From Longimicrobiales bacterium (GTDB lineage Bacteria; Gemmatimonadota; Gemmatimonadetes; Longimicrobiales; Gaopeijiaceae), in contig CBDANQ010000059.1 of the NCBI GenBank assembly GCA_965197725.1, positions 64,001-128,000 of the forward strand: a stretch of 64,000 nt of DNA. The letters are read 5' to 3'. Shown piece by piece: positions 1 through 10,187 of the stretch. The translations under genes were made by a program, and so were the position numbers. The number at the start of each line of letters is the position of its first letter. Position 1 is the first letter of the stretch. Below the pieces are notes generated by a model. It was not told the DNA's origin. It worked only from the letters and a program-made list of their open reading frames with translations, and searched no databases.

Positions 1-473
1 AGGTCCGGCGCTTTAGCGAGAAGGAGTTGCTCGATTCCAGGAAGCGACTTCAGTGCCAGACCGCCGAGCATCGAAGGGTCGACGGGCACGGTCCGCCATC
101 CCAGCACGTCGAGACCGCTACGCTGCGCGGCTGCTTCCAGGAGCTTACGGGCTCGGGGACGGGCGCTGGTCTCATTGGGAAGGAAGACCATCGCCACGCC
201 GAGGCGGTCGAGCTCGTTGGACCTTAGACCCCAATGCGCGGCGTCCTCCGCCAGCAGCTCGTGGGGAATCTGGATGGTGAGGCCGGCACCATCGCCGGAT
301 GCTGCGTCCGCCGAAACGGCACCCCGATGCGTGAGACCGACGAGCGCCCGTACCGCCAACTCGACTACCCGGTGACTCGCCTCGCCGTCGATGCTGGCGA
401 CGAACCCCGTGCCGCAGCCGTCGTGCTCGAAGGCCGGGTTATAGAGTGGTGGTAGATCGCCTTGGCGCGTCAC
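1..473 (-). CDS. gltB: Glutamate synthase large subunit, 5' part (runs off the window edge)
   Basis: Manual minus-strand translation from GTG 473 gives ...LYNPAFEHDGCGTGFVASIDG...LTHRGAVSADAASGDGAGLTIQIP...LGWRTVPVD, the GltB N-terminal amidotransferase signature. Not in the ORF track because it has no stop in the window. Confidence 0.9.
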   Translation of the reverse strand, partial: MTRQGDLPPLYNPAFEHDGCGTGFVASIDGEASHRVVELAVRALVGLTHRGAVSADAASGDGAGLTIQIPHELLAEDAAHWGLRSNELDRLGVAMVFLPNETSARPRARKLLEAAAQRSGLDVLGWRTVPVDPSMLGGLALKSLPGIEQLLLAKAPD

Positions 474-936
474 CCTTCCCACCCGGTCGGGGCGGATCGG
501 TGTACGCCCCCGACGGCTCCCCTCGCGGGAAAGCCGCAGTTCGTACACCAGGTCTTTGGACGCAAAACGGTCATCGGACTCCCATATTTCGTGTTCTGAC
601 GCCCGGGGAACACCGGGCGTAACGCAGCCAATCCTCAAAAGCGGCCTGTACCGGATTTCGGCGGCGGCCATGCCTGAGGAGGCGGGTAGCTGCTCAGAAC
701 AGTGGAGCATCATAAGCTACAGGACCCTATTACGCAAGGGATCCTTGCAGCCTATGCGCTGAACACGCTCCAGCGCGGCTCAGCGATTGCCGCGATAACT
801 CCTCAGCGCGGCGAGCTCAGCTCCGTGAGTCCCGGACTCATCCGCCGCTACGCGGCCGACTTGCCCAACCGCGTCCCGCGGCGTAGCTTGCCGGTCGGTT
901 CGGTAACAATTTTCTTCACGCTGTAGGGGAGTAGGG

Positions 937-2163
937 ATGATGCCTAAGCGCAAACTGATCTTGGCGCTAGCGTTCGTAGTCTCAATCACGGCCCTCGCTT
1001 GCGCCGCAGACGCGCTCGACGACTTGGCCATGAACCAGGACGGGATGGTCCCGACCTTCGAGGTCGATCCGTTCTGGCCGAAGCCACTACCCAACCAATG
1101 GATCATGGGCGCGACGATTGGGGTGGACGTCGATTCCCGGGATCACATCTGGCTCGTCCACCGGAACACCGACGACCAGTACGCGCTAAGGACGGAGCTC
1201 GGCTCGGCACAAGAGCCCCCGCTGAGCGAGTGCTGCAATCCCGCGCCTCCGGTGCTCGAGTTCGACCAGGACGGCATTCTGGTTGGCTCCTGGGGAGGCC
1301 CGACGGATACGGGTGAGTACGAGTGGCCGACGTCCAACCACGGCCTCACCGTGGACCACAACGACAACGTCTGGATCGGCGGCAACGGCAGAACGGACTC
1401 GCACGTAGTGAAGTTCTCCCGCGATGGCAAGTTCCTCGCGCAGTACGGTCGAGCTAACGCGCGCGCGGACGGGGATGGCTTTGCCGAGGACAGCCACGAC
1501 CGGAACAACTTCGGCCGGGTAGCCAAGATCTTCGTCGATCCCGTGGCCAACGAGGCGTATCTCGGAGACGGGTACATCAACCGGCGGGTGGCGGTTCTCG
1601 ACGCCAGCACCGGTGAGCTGAAGCGCTACTGGGGCGCCTACGGCGATCCTCCCGACCAAAGCGAGATTCCGGACCGCTACGTGCCGGGCGAGACCCCGCC
1701 GAAGGAGTTTCGGCCACCCGTGCACTGTGCGGAGCTCTCGAACGATCGACTCGTGTACGTGTGTGATCGCCCGTCGAACCGGATCTCCGTATTCCAGACG
1801 GATGGCACCTTCGTGGAGGAGCATATCATCAACCCCGCGACCATGAATCAGGGGTCGGTCTGGGATCTCGACTTCTCCCCCGACGAAGATCAGACGTTCA
1901 TGTACCTCGCCGATGGCCAGAACATGTTTGTGTCCGTCCTCCGGCGAGAGACGATGGAGGTCCTGTACCGCTTCGGCGACGGCGGTCGGCAGCCCGGGCT
2001 GTTCTTCGCGGTGCACTCCCTCACAGTGGACTCCTCGGGCAACATCTACACGACGGAGACCTACGAGGGTAAGCGCATCCAGAAGTTCACATACATGGGC
2101 ATGGGTTCGGTCCCATCGGGATATGACGTGATTTGGCCGGCGGACAAGCGGCGAGGGGGCTGA
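937..2163 (+). CDS. Secreted NHL-repeat beta-propeller protein (peptidylglycine lyase-like)
   Basis: Signal peptide; FEVDPFWPKPLP, HGLTVD, VHCAELSND and VHSLTVDSSGNIYTTE NHL-type repeats. Confidence 0.8.
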   Translation: MMPKRKLILALAFVVSITALACAADALDDLAMNQDGMVPTFEVDPFWPKPLPNQWIMGATIGVDVDSRDHIWLVHRNTDDQYALRTELGSAQEPPLSECCNPAPPVLEFDQDGILVGSWGGPTDTGEYEWPTSNHGLTVDHNDNVWIGGNGRTDSHVVKFSRDGKFLAQYGRANARADGDGFAEDSHDRNNFGRVAKIFVDPVANEAYLGDGYINRRVAVLDASTGELKRYWGAYGDPPDQSEIPDRYVPGETPPKEFRPPVHCAELSNDRLVYVCDRPSNRISVFQTDGTFVEEHIINPATMNQGSVWDLDFSPDEDQTFMYLADGQNMFVSVLRRETMEVLYRFGDGGRQPGLFFAVHSLTVDSSGNIYTTETYEGKRIQKFTYMGMGSVPSGYDVIWPADKRRGG

Positions 2164-2183
2164 CGCTAGCCGAAACCCCAACC

Positions 2184-2222
2184 GAGGGGGCCCCACCCAT
2201 CAGGGTGGGGCCCCTTCCTTTT
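2184..2222 (+). terminator. Intrinsic terminator
   Basis: GAGGGGGCCCCACCC-ATCA-GGGTGGGGCCCCTTC stem followed by CTTTT, just after the stop at 2163. Confidence 0.7.
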
Positions 2223-2365
2223 GCGCGAAGCGGCCTACCCACATCTGCGTGAGGCAGCTACCGCGAAGGCAGCTTGAAGACGTAGAGCGCGTTGCAGGAG
2301 TCGGGGTGGTGAACCGCCGGCGAAACCGCACGTACAACGTTGCACAGCAAGGAAGGAGAATATAG

Positions 2366-4075
2366 ATGAGCGCGATTCTGCTCATGGCCACAGGGCTCGG
2401 GGCGTTCACGTTAGGCTACCTCTTGTACTCGCGCTTCATCTCTGAGCGAGTCTTCCAGCTGAGTGCGGACTTCCGGACGCCCGCCCACGCCCAGGAGGAC
2501 GGGGTGGACTTCGTGCCCACCAACCGGTGGGTCCTGTGGGGACACCACTTCACCTCCGTGGCAGGCGCCGCGCCAATCGTGGGCCCCGCCATCGCGGTGG
2601 TATGGGGTTGGCTGCCCGCCTTTCTCTGGGTCACCCTAGGCACGGTGTTCTTCGCGGGAATCCACGACGCGGGAGCCCTGTGGGCCAGCGTGCGCAACAA
2701 AGGCAGATCCATAGGGGCTCTGACCGAGGCGGTGGTCGGGCAGAGGGCCCGCGCGCTCTTCATGATCGTCATCTTCCTGCTGCTCCTGATGGTGAACGCC
2801 GTGTTCGCCATCATCATCGCCGGGCTCTTCGTGAGCTTCCCGAGCAGCGTAGTCCCGGCCTGGTTCGTGATCGGCGTCGCGATCTTCATCGGCTACCTAC
2901 TGTACCGCAAGGGCGTCCCGCTCCTGTGGCCCTCCATCATCGGCGTGGCGCTCCTGTACGGATCGATGTTCGTGGGCGTCGCGGTGCCGTTGAGCCTTCC
3001 GGAGACCATGGTCGGCCTGGATGCACCGGGCATGTGGGTCATTCTCCTGTTCGCGTACGCGGCCGTCGCATCGCTGCTCCCGGTCTGGCTTCTCCTGCAG
3101 CCCCGCGACTACATCAATGGACTCCAGCTCTTCATCGGACTCGGCATCTTCTTCCTTGCGGTTCTGTTCGCGAACCCCACCGTGGTGGCCCCGGCCTTCA
3201 ACACGTCACTTCCGGACGACGTGCCGCCGATGATCCCGCTGCTCTTCGTGACGATCGCCTGCGGAGCGATCTCCGGCTTCCATGGGCTAGTCTCGTCGGG
3301 GACCACTTCGAAGCAGATCGACAACGAGAAGGACGTACGCTTCGTGGGCTTCCTGGGCACGGTGGGTGAGGGCTCCCTGGCGCTGGCGGCGATCATTGCC
3401 TGCACCGCGGGCTTTGCTACGCAGGGGGACTGGCAGACCTATTACACGTCGTTCGCGTCCGGTGGACTGCCGGCGTTCGTGCAAGGCGGCGGGGGCATCC
3501 TCGCTACTGGGCTCGGGCTACCCGTCGCGTTCGGCGAGACGCTGTTGGCCGTAATGGCGATCCTCTTCGCCGCCACGACCATGGACACCGGGGTCAGGCT
3601 GCAGCGCTATGTCGTCCAGGAGTGGGGGACGATCTACGACGTCCCGGCACTCACCGGGAGGGGGCTATCGACGCTCCTGGCCGTGGGCAGCTGCCTGGTC
3701 CTGGCCTTCGGAGCGGGGGGCGGAGCTGGGACAGGCGGCCTCGTCATCTGGCCCTTGTTCGGCACGACCAATCAACTCCTGGCCGGACTCACGCTGCTCG
3801 TACTGAGCGTCTTCCTTCTCAAGAAGGGCCGGCCTACGGTCTATACGCTTGTACCGATGGTCTTCATCCTAGGCATGACGGTGCTCGCGCTGCTCTGGCA
3901 GCTCCGGGATTTCTGGGGGCAAGGCAGCTACTTCCTCGTCGCCCTCGACGTAGTGATCCTCGGGACCACGATCTGGGTGGCCCTGGAGTCTCTTGCCGCG
4001 CTGCAGAAGGCGCGTAGCGGCCCTAAGGAGGAGGAAGCAGAGGATTCGGCGGACGCCCTGACGCGCGCCGAGTGA
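2366..4075 (+). CDS. cstA: Carbon starvation protein A family transporter
   Basis: TPAH..EDGVDFVPT, GHHFTSVAGAAPIVGP, TIACGAISGFHGLVSSGTTSKQ and WPLFGTTNQLLA motifs; many TM helices; AAGGAG RBS. Confidence 0.92.
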   Translation: MSAILLMATGLGAFTLGYLLYSRFISERVFQLSADFRTPAHAQEDGVDFVPTNRWVLWGHHFTSVAGAAPIVGPAIAVVWGWLPAFLWVTLGTVFFAGIHDAGALWASVRNKGRSIGALTEAVVGQRARALFMIVIFLLLLMVNAVFAIIIAGLFVSFPSSVVPAWFVIGVAIFIGYLLYRKGVPLLWPSIIGVALLYGSMFVGVAVPLSLPETMVGLDAPGMWVILLFAYAAVASLLPVWLLLQPRDYINGLQLFIGLGIFFLAVLFANPTVVAPAFNTSLPDDVPPMIPLLFVTIACGAISGFHGLVSSGTTSKQIDNEKDVRFVGFLGTVGEGSLALAAIIACTAGFATQGDWQTYYTSFASGGLPAFVQGGGGILATGLGLPVAFGETLLAVMAILFAATTMDTGVRLQRYVVQEWGTIYDVPALTGRGLSTLLAVGSCLVLAFGAGGGAGTGGLVIWPLFGTTNQLLAGLTLLVLSVFLLKKGRPTVYTLVPMVFILGMTVLALLWQLRDFWGQGSYFLVALDVVILGTTIWVALESLAALQKARSGPKEEEAEDSADALTRAE

Positions 4076-4107
4076 ACCCCGGCGTGCTCGCGCGGTAGAA
4101 ACGAGTT

Positions 4108-4557
4108 ATGCAAAAGGCGGAATCGAGCGCTCGGCCGAGCGTCATTCTGATCCGGGAATGGGAAATGCAAATGTCCTCTTCCGGGTGCTGTGGCCGGTTG
4201 GAGGGGGACTTCCTAACGCAAAGGGGAGAACGGTGCTTTCCCGAGCGGCGCGCAAGTATGGAGGCGATGGGCCCTCTGTACCGAGACCTGCGCTCGCGCT
4301 ACGGCGACAAGCTTGAGATCAACGTGGTGGATCCGCGCAACCTCATTTCCGTCATGATCCTCTTGGTGCGAGACGCCCGCGCCCACGGGGTCGGCATTCC
4401 GGACGCGCTTCGCACCCTGTTCCGCCTCAAGGTGAATACCGTTGTCGTGAACGGGCGCCTCCTGGCCCGGGGGCAGTGGCCCGAACCCGCTGAGGTGTAT
4501 GCCGTGCTGGGGGATCCACCAGCCGCCTGGGAGGAAGCCGCCGGTGGGATTGCGTGA
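4108..4557 (+). CDS. Thioredoxin-like hypothetical protein with SGCCG motif (CstA-associated)
   Basis: REWEMQMSSSGCCGRLEGD...VVDPRN...VVVNG; lies in the cstA operon and overlaps the next gene. Confidence 0.7.
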   Translation: MQKAESSARPSVILIREWEMQMSSSGCCGRLEGDFLTQRGERCFPERRASMEAMGPLYRDLRSRYGDKLEINVVDPRNLISVMILLVRDARAHGVGIPDALRTLFRLKVNTVVVNGRLLARGQWPEPAEVYAVLGDPPAAWEEAAGGIA

Positions 4558-4807
4558 CCGGCTAGCGCGGGCTGGAGAGCTCGTCCGAGAGTTCTACGAG
4601 GTGCGCCACCGTGGGGCGCTCGCGCGGGAGCGCCGAGAAGAGGACGACCTCTTCATGCTCCTGGTCTTCTCGGAGATGATGGGAATCGCAAACCCGTCGA
4701 GCTACTACACGCTGGAGCTGCTGCCCCTCTTGTACGAGGGCTTTCATGAGTGGCACATCCGCATGGGCATGGATCACTCGCCCCTCGAGCACTTTCGCTG
4801 CTGCTAG
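4544..4807 (+). CDS. Small CstA-associated protein ending in Cys-Cys-stop (cory-CC-star type)
   Basis: GGAGGA RBS then GTG 4544; EDDLFMLLVFSEMMGIANP..YYTLELLP...FHEWH.RMG.DHSPL..FRCC*. Confidence 0.8.
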   Translation: MGLRDRLARAGELVREFYEVRHRGALARERREEDDLFMLLVFSEMMGIANPSSYYTLELLPLLYEGFHEWHIRMGMDHSPLEHFRCC

Positions 4808-4849
4808 AGAGCGGTATCGCATGCAGTCCGTCAGGACGCCCACCGGTCC

Positions 4850-5863
4850 ATGACCCCTCTTGATCTGAAGGGCCGCTCGATCCTCTTCGTGGGCGGCAAG
4901 GGCGGAGTGGGAAAGAGCACCACGGCAGGGGCGCTCGCCGTAGGCATGGCCGAAGCGGGAGCACGCGTCCTCCTGGTCTCCACAGACCCCGCCCACTCCC
5001 TGGGCGACCTGTTCGGGACGTCGATCGGCGACCGAGAGCGCGAGATCCTCCCCGGGCTCGACGCGCTGGAGATCGACCCGGAAGCGGAGGTGGAGAGCTA
5101 CCTCGCTCGCGTGAAGGCGACGATGAGGCAGTACGTGCAACCTGCCATGTACTCCGAGATCGAGCGTCAAATCGAGCTGACCCGCCACTCGCCCGGCGCG
5201 GAGGATGCCGCGCTGATGGACCGGGTGACGGCACTGATGGACGAGGGGCCGAAGAGCCACGATCGCGTCATCTTCGACACGGCACCCACGGGCCACACGC
5301 TTCGTCTGCTCGCGCTCCCGGAGATCATGGCTGCGTGGACCGAGGGGTTGCTCCGGAGCCGCGACCGGTCCGATTCTCTGGGCAAGGCGGTGGACCGGCT
5401 CCAGCGTCGCAAGGCATCCACCGGCCACGACATGTCCTGGTTCGACGACGTCGAAGAGGCCCCCGGGGACGAGCGCACTCGGAAGATCCGCGAGGTCCTG
5501 TTGGAGCGCCGGCGCCGGTTCTCCCGGGCCAGACGGCTTCTGCTGGACCCCAAGGTGACTGCCTTCGTGCTCGTCCTCATCCCAGAGAAGCTCCCCATTC
5601 TCGAGAGCGAGAAGACGCTCGAGGTCCTCCACAACCACAAAGTCCCGGTGTCCGGAGTGGTGGTGAACCGGGTACTGCCCGACGCACCCCTGGGTGACTT
5701 CCTGGAGAGCCGGCGCGCACAGGAAGCCGAATACCTGGAGCGCGTGGACCGGAGTTTCGCCAAGCTCCCCCGCGTGAGGGTGCCGCTGCGGTCTAGCGAT
5801 GTGGTAGGAATGGCGGCGATCCGGGAGGTGGGGGCGTATCTCCTCTCCCCGTCGAGCCCTTAA
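4850..5863 (+). CDS. Single-domain ArsA/Get3-family ATPase
   Basis: GGKGGVGKS P-loop, STDPAHSL and DTAPTGHTLRLL motifs; the protein has no cysteines. Confidence 0.9.
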   Translation: MTPLDLKGRSILFVGGKGGVGKSTTAGALAVGMAEAGARVLLVSTDPAHSLGDLFGTSIGDREREILPGLDALEIDPEAEVESYLARVKATMRQYVQPAMYSEIERQIELTRHSPGAEDAALMDRVTALMDEGPKSHDRVIFDTAPTGHTLRLLALPEIMAAWTEGLLRSRDRSDSLGKAVDRLQRRKASTGHDMSWFDDVEEAPGDERTRKIREVLLERRRRFSRARRLLLDPKVTAFVLVLIPEKLPILESEKTLEVLHNHKVPVSGVVVNRVLPDAPLGDFLESRRAQEAEYLERVDRSFAKLPRVRVPLRSSDVVGMAAIREVGAYLLSPSSP

Positions 5864-5870
5864 GGTACGA

Positions 5871-6008
5871 ATGTCCGTCCCTGCACCGGCGTCTCCCGAC
5901 CCTGAGCAGTGGGTCGGGTATGATGGGGACCGCACGGTCGACGAGATGGTCCACCTGTGGGTGGACGTCGCGTACCTCGAGCTGGAGGAGCTGTTCCGGC
6001 CGATGTGA
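5871..6008 (+). pseudogene. 45-aa ORF, probable C-terminal remnant of a larger (copper monooxygenase-like) protein
   Basis: MSVPAPASPDPEQWVGYDGDRTVDEMVHLWVDVAYL...; resemblance is from memory, not a search. Confidence 0.4.
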
Positions 6009-6215
6009 CGTGTGAGAGGCGTGCCCCGGTCTGGTTGCCCCGCGTGTGCGAGGACGGGCTGAGAAGAGACGGGGGGAGGAGTCGTCGAGGCAGGCGGGGA
6101 CCGGAAGCGTCTCGAGGCCAACACATCTGTGCCAATGCGGAAACTTCTAGCTGGGCGGGAAGCAGCACCCAGCGAGTTCATCACGGACGGCGACCGGGCT
6201 GCAGCTGCGCTTAGC

Positions 6216-7942
6216 TTAGCTCGGGAGCCAGGCAAAGCGAACCTGGGCCAGATAGTTCGACCGGTCCTGATCCGTGAAATTGAAGCGCGTGACACGCTCG
6301 TATCCGAGTCGGACGGACGTGCGCAGGTCCGAGCCGGCGTGCTCGCGCGTCCAGTCGACGATGGCCCTGAGGCGGATCTCGTCGGGGTTGTCGGCCGTTC
6401 GTCGCCGGGGGATCTTGCCTTTTGGCATGGCCCAATCATCCCCGCTGTATCGCTCCCACGCGCCGGCAACGCTCACGACATCGAGCCGATCTCGCCAATC
6501 CAAGCCACCCTGCCACGATGTGGCGAGAGGACCGATCGCATACCCGATCAGACGTCCGCCGACGGTAAGGCCGTCGCGGAGCTGGTGATGAGTATGCGCG
6601 CGCATGCGCGCGGTGTGACCCTCGAGCCAAAGGTCGAGACGTCCCCTGCGGCCCCGCCCCACAGCCTTCATTCCGAGGGTCCAGGCGGCGTCGCCCCAGA
6701 AGGACTGAGTGTGACCGATTATTGTCACGTCCAGGTCGGTCGAGAGTCCCTCGAGGTAGAACTCCAGACCTTTGCCAGGCAACGTGACGCGTACGTCGCC
6801 CATAACGACCTTGTCCGAAATCTCCTCACCCTGAGGCCTGATGAGAAAGACGTCGAAGATTCGGTCCTTCACCGTTGCACGGGGGGCGCCTTCGCCTCCC
6901 TGGTTGTTCAGCAGGCTCAGGCCTATTTCCACGGACCGGCTGGGGCGTAGGCTCGCCTCGAAGACGATCAGTTTGCCGTGCCGTATCAGACGGTCGCCGC
7001 CTCTAGGTCTGCGATCCAAGCGGCTCCAGTGACGGACCCTAGGACTCCAAGAACCCAAGGAAGTCGTGCCGCGCGTTCGTGAGACACCCGCACCATGTCG
7101 AGTCCGCGAGCGTTGTGAGAGAGCAAGGGTCCGGCCAACCGGCCGTGACCGCTGGCGACGTGGTTCCGACCCACCTCTAAAGCCATTCCAGCGAATACAC
7201 CACGGACGTAGGCGTCAAGAAGTGTCGAGCCTTCGCCGCTGGACGTCCCGGTAGGGCGAGAATGCCACACGCGTGGTCGAACCTGGAGTGCCACTCGTGG
7301 AATGAGCTGAATATCGGCGGTCGCCTCACCCGCCCCCGTCCAGCCGTCGGCGAGGACACGACCCTGATTGCGCTCCAGCAGCGGGTTCAGGTCGCCTTCG
7401 ATGAGGCCCTCGTCGTAGCTAACCCGGATTGGCCGGGCCGGACTGTCTGCCGACGTCAGATCGAACGCCGCGGACCTTGCCGAGAAACCGGCGTCGGCGC
7501 GGCCGCACACATCGTCCGTCGCTTCGCACAGTAAGGATATCTCCTGCGCGAAGCGCGCCTCGAGACGGCTGAGCGCCTCGTAAAAGCGAGCTCGGCCTTC
7601 GTCGGAGCCATCCAATGCAGTGCGAGCATGTGCAGCGAAACGCGCAAAGGCCATGCGAGAATACGGACGCTGAGCCATCAAGGGCACCTCGACCAGGCCG
7701 ACGGCGAAGAGCGCGTCGAGGTCTGCGTAAGCCGGGTCGAGGTTGGGGACGTAAGGGGAGCTCTGGGCCGTGGCGTCCGCCGGGCTCAGGATCGCCACAC
7801 CGAGCAGTAGCACGAGAACGTTGTGGGCCCCGCGTACCGAGGAGACGACCCGAGCCCGGTGCTCTCTAGAATCCCGTCGCGAGACCTGGACTTGCGCGCC
7901 GATGTGCCCGTCTCCTTCCGCTTGGTCGTCGAGGAGGGTCAC
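6216..7942 (-). pseudogene. Capsule assembly Wzi-family outer-membrane protein split by a frameshift near 7001-7004
   Basis: ORF 6986-7942 (signal peptide, ...EVGRNHVASGHG..GPLLSHNARGLDMVR) continues into ORF 6216-7058 (beta-barrel-like, ends ...YLAQVRFAWLPS); removing 2 bp restores WIADL-GGDRLIRHGKL. Confidence 0.7.
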
Positions 7943-8904
7943 CTCCGGGATCCGGCCGGCGAAAACCGCCGCTCATCCCACAGCCGATCTACGAGGCCGG
8001 CGACCACCCGGACTCGATGGCGCAAGGCCTCAATGACCGCCGGGCTTCGGGCCGATATGTCGGTCCGCTCTCCGGGATCCGCAACCAGATCGTAGAGCGC
8101 CCACCGTTCCGCCGCCTGAGACTCAATGTACTTGAAGCGACCCTGCCGCACGCCTTTCAAGCGAAGGTGGAATGGATTCGAGAGATATACGGAACGGCCC
8201 GTAACGACCCGGCGGAGGGATGTACCGACCGCGTGATTCCGGCCGGTCAGGCCCACGATGTCCATCAAGGTCGGGAAGAGGTCCACCTGGCTCCCCACGG
8301 CGTCGATGCGAATCGGCCCGTGCACACGCCCGGGAGCCCATATGAGAAGCGGCACCCGGAACGACTCCTCATAGAGGTGGCGAACGGGCATGAAGTTCTC
8401 GTCGTGCTCGCCCATCGGCACCCCCGTGTCGCCAAGTACCACCAACACGGTGCGCTCCGAAAGCCCGGCAGCGTCCAAGAGCGCGATAAAGTGGCCCAGC
8501 GCCTGGTCCGAGTACGAGAGCGTACCCAGGAAGTCGCCGTCCTCTCCGTCGGGACGGGCGCGAGGGCCAGTCGGCTCGAACCCCTCGGGTAGTTGCCAGG
8601 GATGGTGGTTCGAGATCGTGAACGCGGTAACGAACCCCGTGCCGCCCTCCTCGTCGTGGGCGGCAAGCCAAACCGCGATGTCTTCCATGAGCCATGGGTC
8701 GTCGACGCCCCAGCTACCGCGGGTCGCCTCCGGATACCGTCTGGCCATCTCCTCGCCGCCCCTGATTGTCGGGAACCCGTGCACCCCGAAGAACTCGGTC
8801 TGAAGCTCGAAATCGAGTGGACCATTGTGAAAGTAAGCGACCTGATAGCCGGCTGTACCCAACACGTCCTGAATTCCTATCAGGGGGTATCCCACGTCGT
8901 CGCT
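7939..8904 (-). pseudogene. C-terminal half of a sulfatase / LTA-synthase-family protein
   Basis: TISNHHPW, YSDQALG, VLGDTG..GEH, LYEESFRVPLLIW, SQVDLFPT and LYDLVADPGE motifs; N-terminal half replaced by a transposase. Confidence 0.8.
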
Positions 8905-10187
8905 CTGCACGGCACGGGGGGTTCCAACCCCGAACCGCTTGCGCATGAGAAGGCCGAGGTTGAAGGCCGCCGCGTGGATCAACATCCGTTTTCGAATCTC
9001 CTCCTGGCCCCGTATGTGGACGCGACGCAGCCCTCCGGTCACAAGCAAGTGCGCAAACCCCCGCTCCACCTTCTCGCCGCGCTGGCGCAGCAGCCGCATC
9101 CCCCGGTTGCCGCGGATCCGGCGGCGGTTGTCGTAGGTCGGCGTCTGCGCGTCCCGGTTGTTCTTCCATTTCCGGCGCCCGCGGTTGGGCTCGCTCACAT
9201 AGCTGCGCAGCTCCCGCTCCTTCACGCCCGTCATGGTCTTGTTCGAGTGGTAGCCTTTGTCGGCCACCACTTCCTCGGGCTCTACCTGCACTACTTCCAG
9301 CTGCCGCTCTGCCTCGTCCAGCGTGTTGGGCAGCGACGCCACATCTCCCCCGTCCATCGTCTGCACCGTCACCGCCACAAGCGCACCGGTCTCCATGTCG
9401 ACCGCCTGCTCCAACTTGTGCGCCAGGCGCGTCCTGCCGTCCTTCATCTTCGTGATCCGCGCCTCCGGGTCGTGCGGATGCACCCAGTCCTTGTTCGAGC
9501 CCTTCTTCGGACGCTTCCGGTCCAGCGTCGTCAGATCCTTGCGCGTCGGCGTCTCGATCCCCGACGCCCGGGCCACCTGCTCCAGCCATTCATCGTAGCC
9601 CAACCCGTCGTCGCGCCGCACGATCGTGCGCATCGCCGCATTCGCCTCCAGCGTCGTCGAGTCGACGCCCAGCGTCTTGCCGCTCAGCAACCCCGACCCC
9701 TTCAGCAGCTCCAGCACCCGCCCGAACACCGCCGCGTGCGCTTCCACGCTCAGGCGCTTGCGCGTCTTCGACAGGGTCGAATGCTCCGGCGGGTTCTTCG
9801 CCCACCCGTATCCCAGAAACTCACGCAACGACAACGAGTCCCCACACCGCCAGGCAATGCCCCGCTCCGAGCCGATCCCTTCCAGGTAGCCCACCATCAT
9901 CATTCGGAAATACACCCCGGGAGCAATCCCCGGCCGACCCCGATTGTCCGCGTAGAACTCACGGCATGCCTCTTCCGCGAACTCGTCAAACCCGCTTTTC
10001 GCCAGAAGCTCGTTCAAGGCCCGGTAGAACGGGTTGTCCAAGGCCCGAATCTCGCTCGCCACCACGAACATCTCGCCCTGCCGAGCCTCGGGCCGCTTGC
10101 CTACCGCCATCGCCGTCCTCGCTGCAAAAACCCTCGTGTCCTCCTGATTTAACACAACAGCGATGACCGGACTTTATCCACGGTCTG
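8905..10187 (-). mobile_element. IS1182/IS5-like element lacking its right end; transposase (ATG 10110) fused in frame to the sulfatase remnant
   Basis: GRPGIAP..YFRMMMVGY, GVDSTTLEANA, DPEARITKMKDG, VVADKGY and RGEKVERGFAH; left end CAGACCGTGGATAAAGTCC next to a CTAG at 10188-10191. Confidence 0.85.

Noticed and set aside
4799..4830. Selenocysteine readthrough in the CC-terminal protein
   Set aside because: Codons are TGC TGC TAG, with no in-frame TGA.
4850..5863. Arsenic resistance operon
   Set aside because: The ATPase has no Cys ligands, and there is no arsB/acr3/arsC/arsR nearby.
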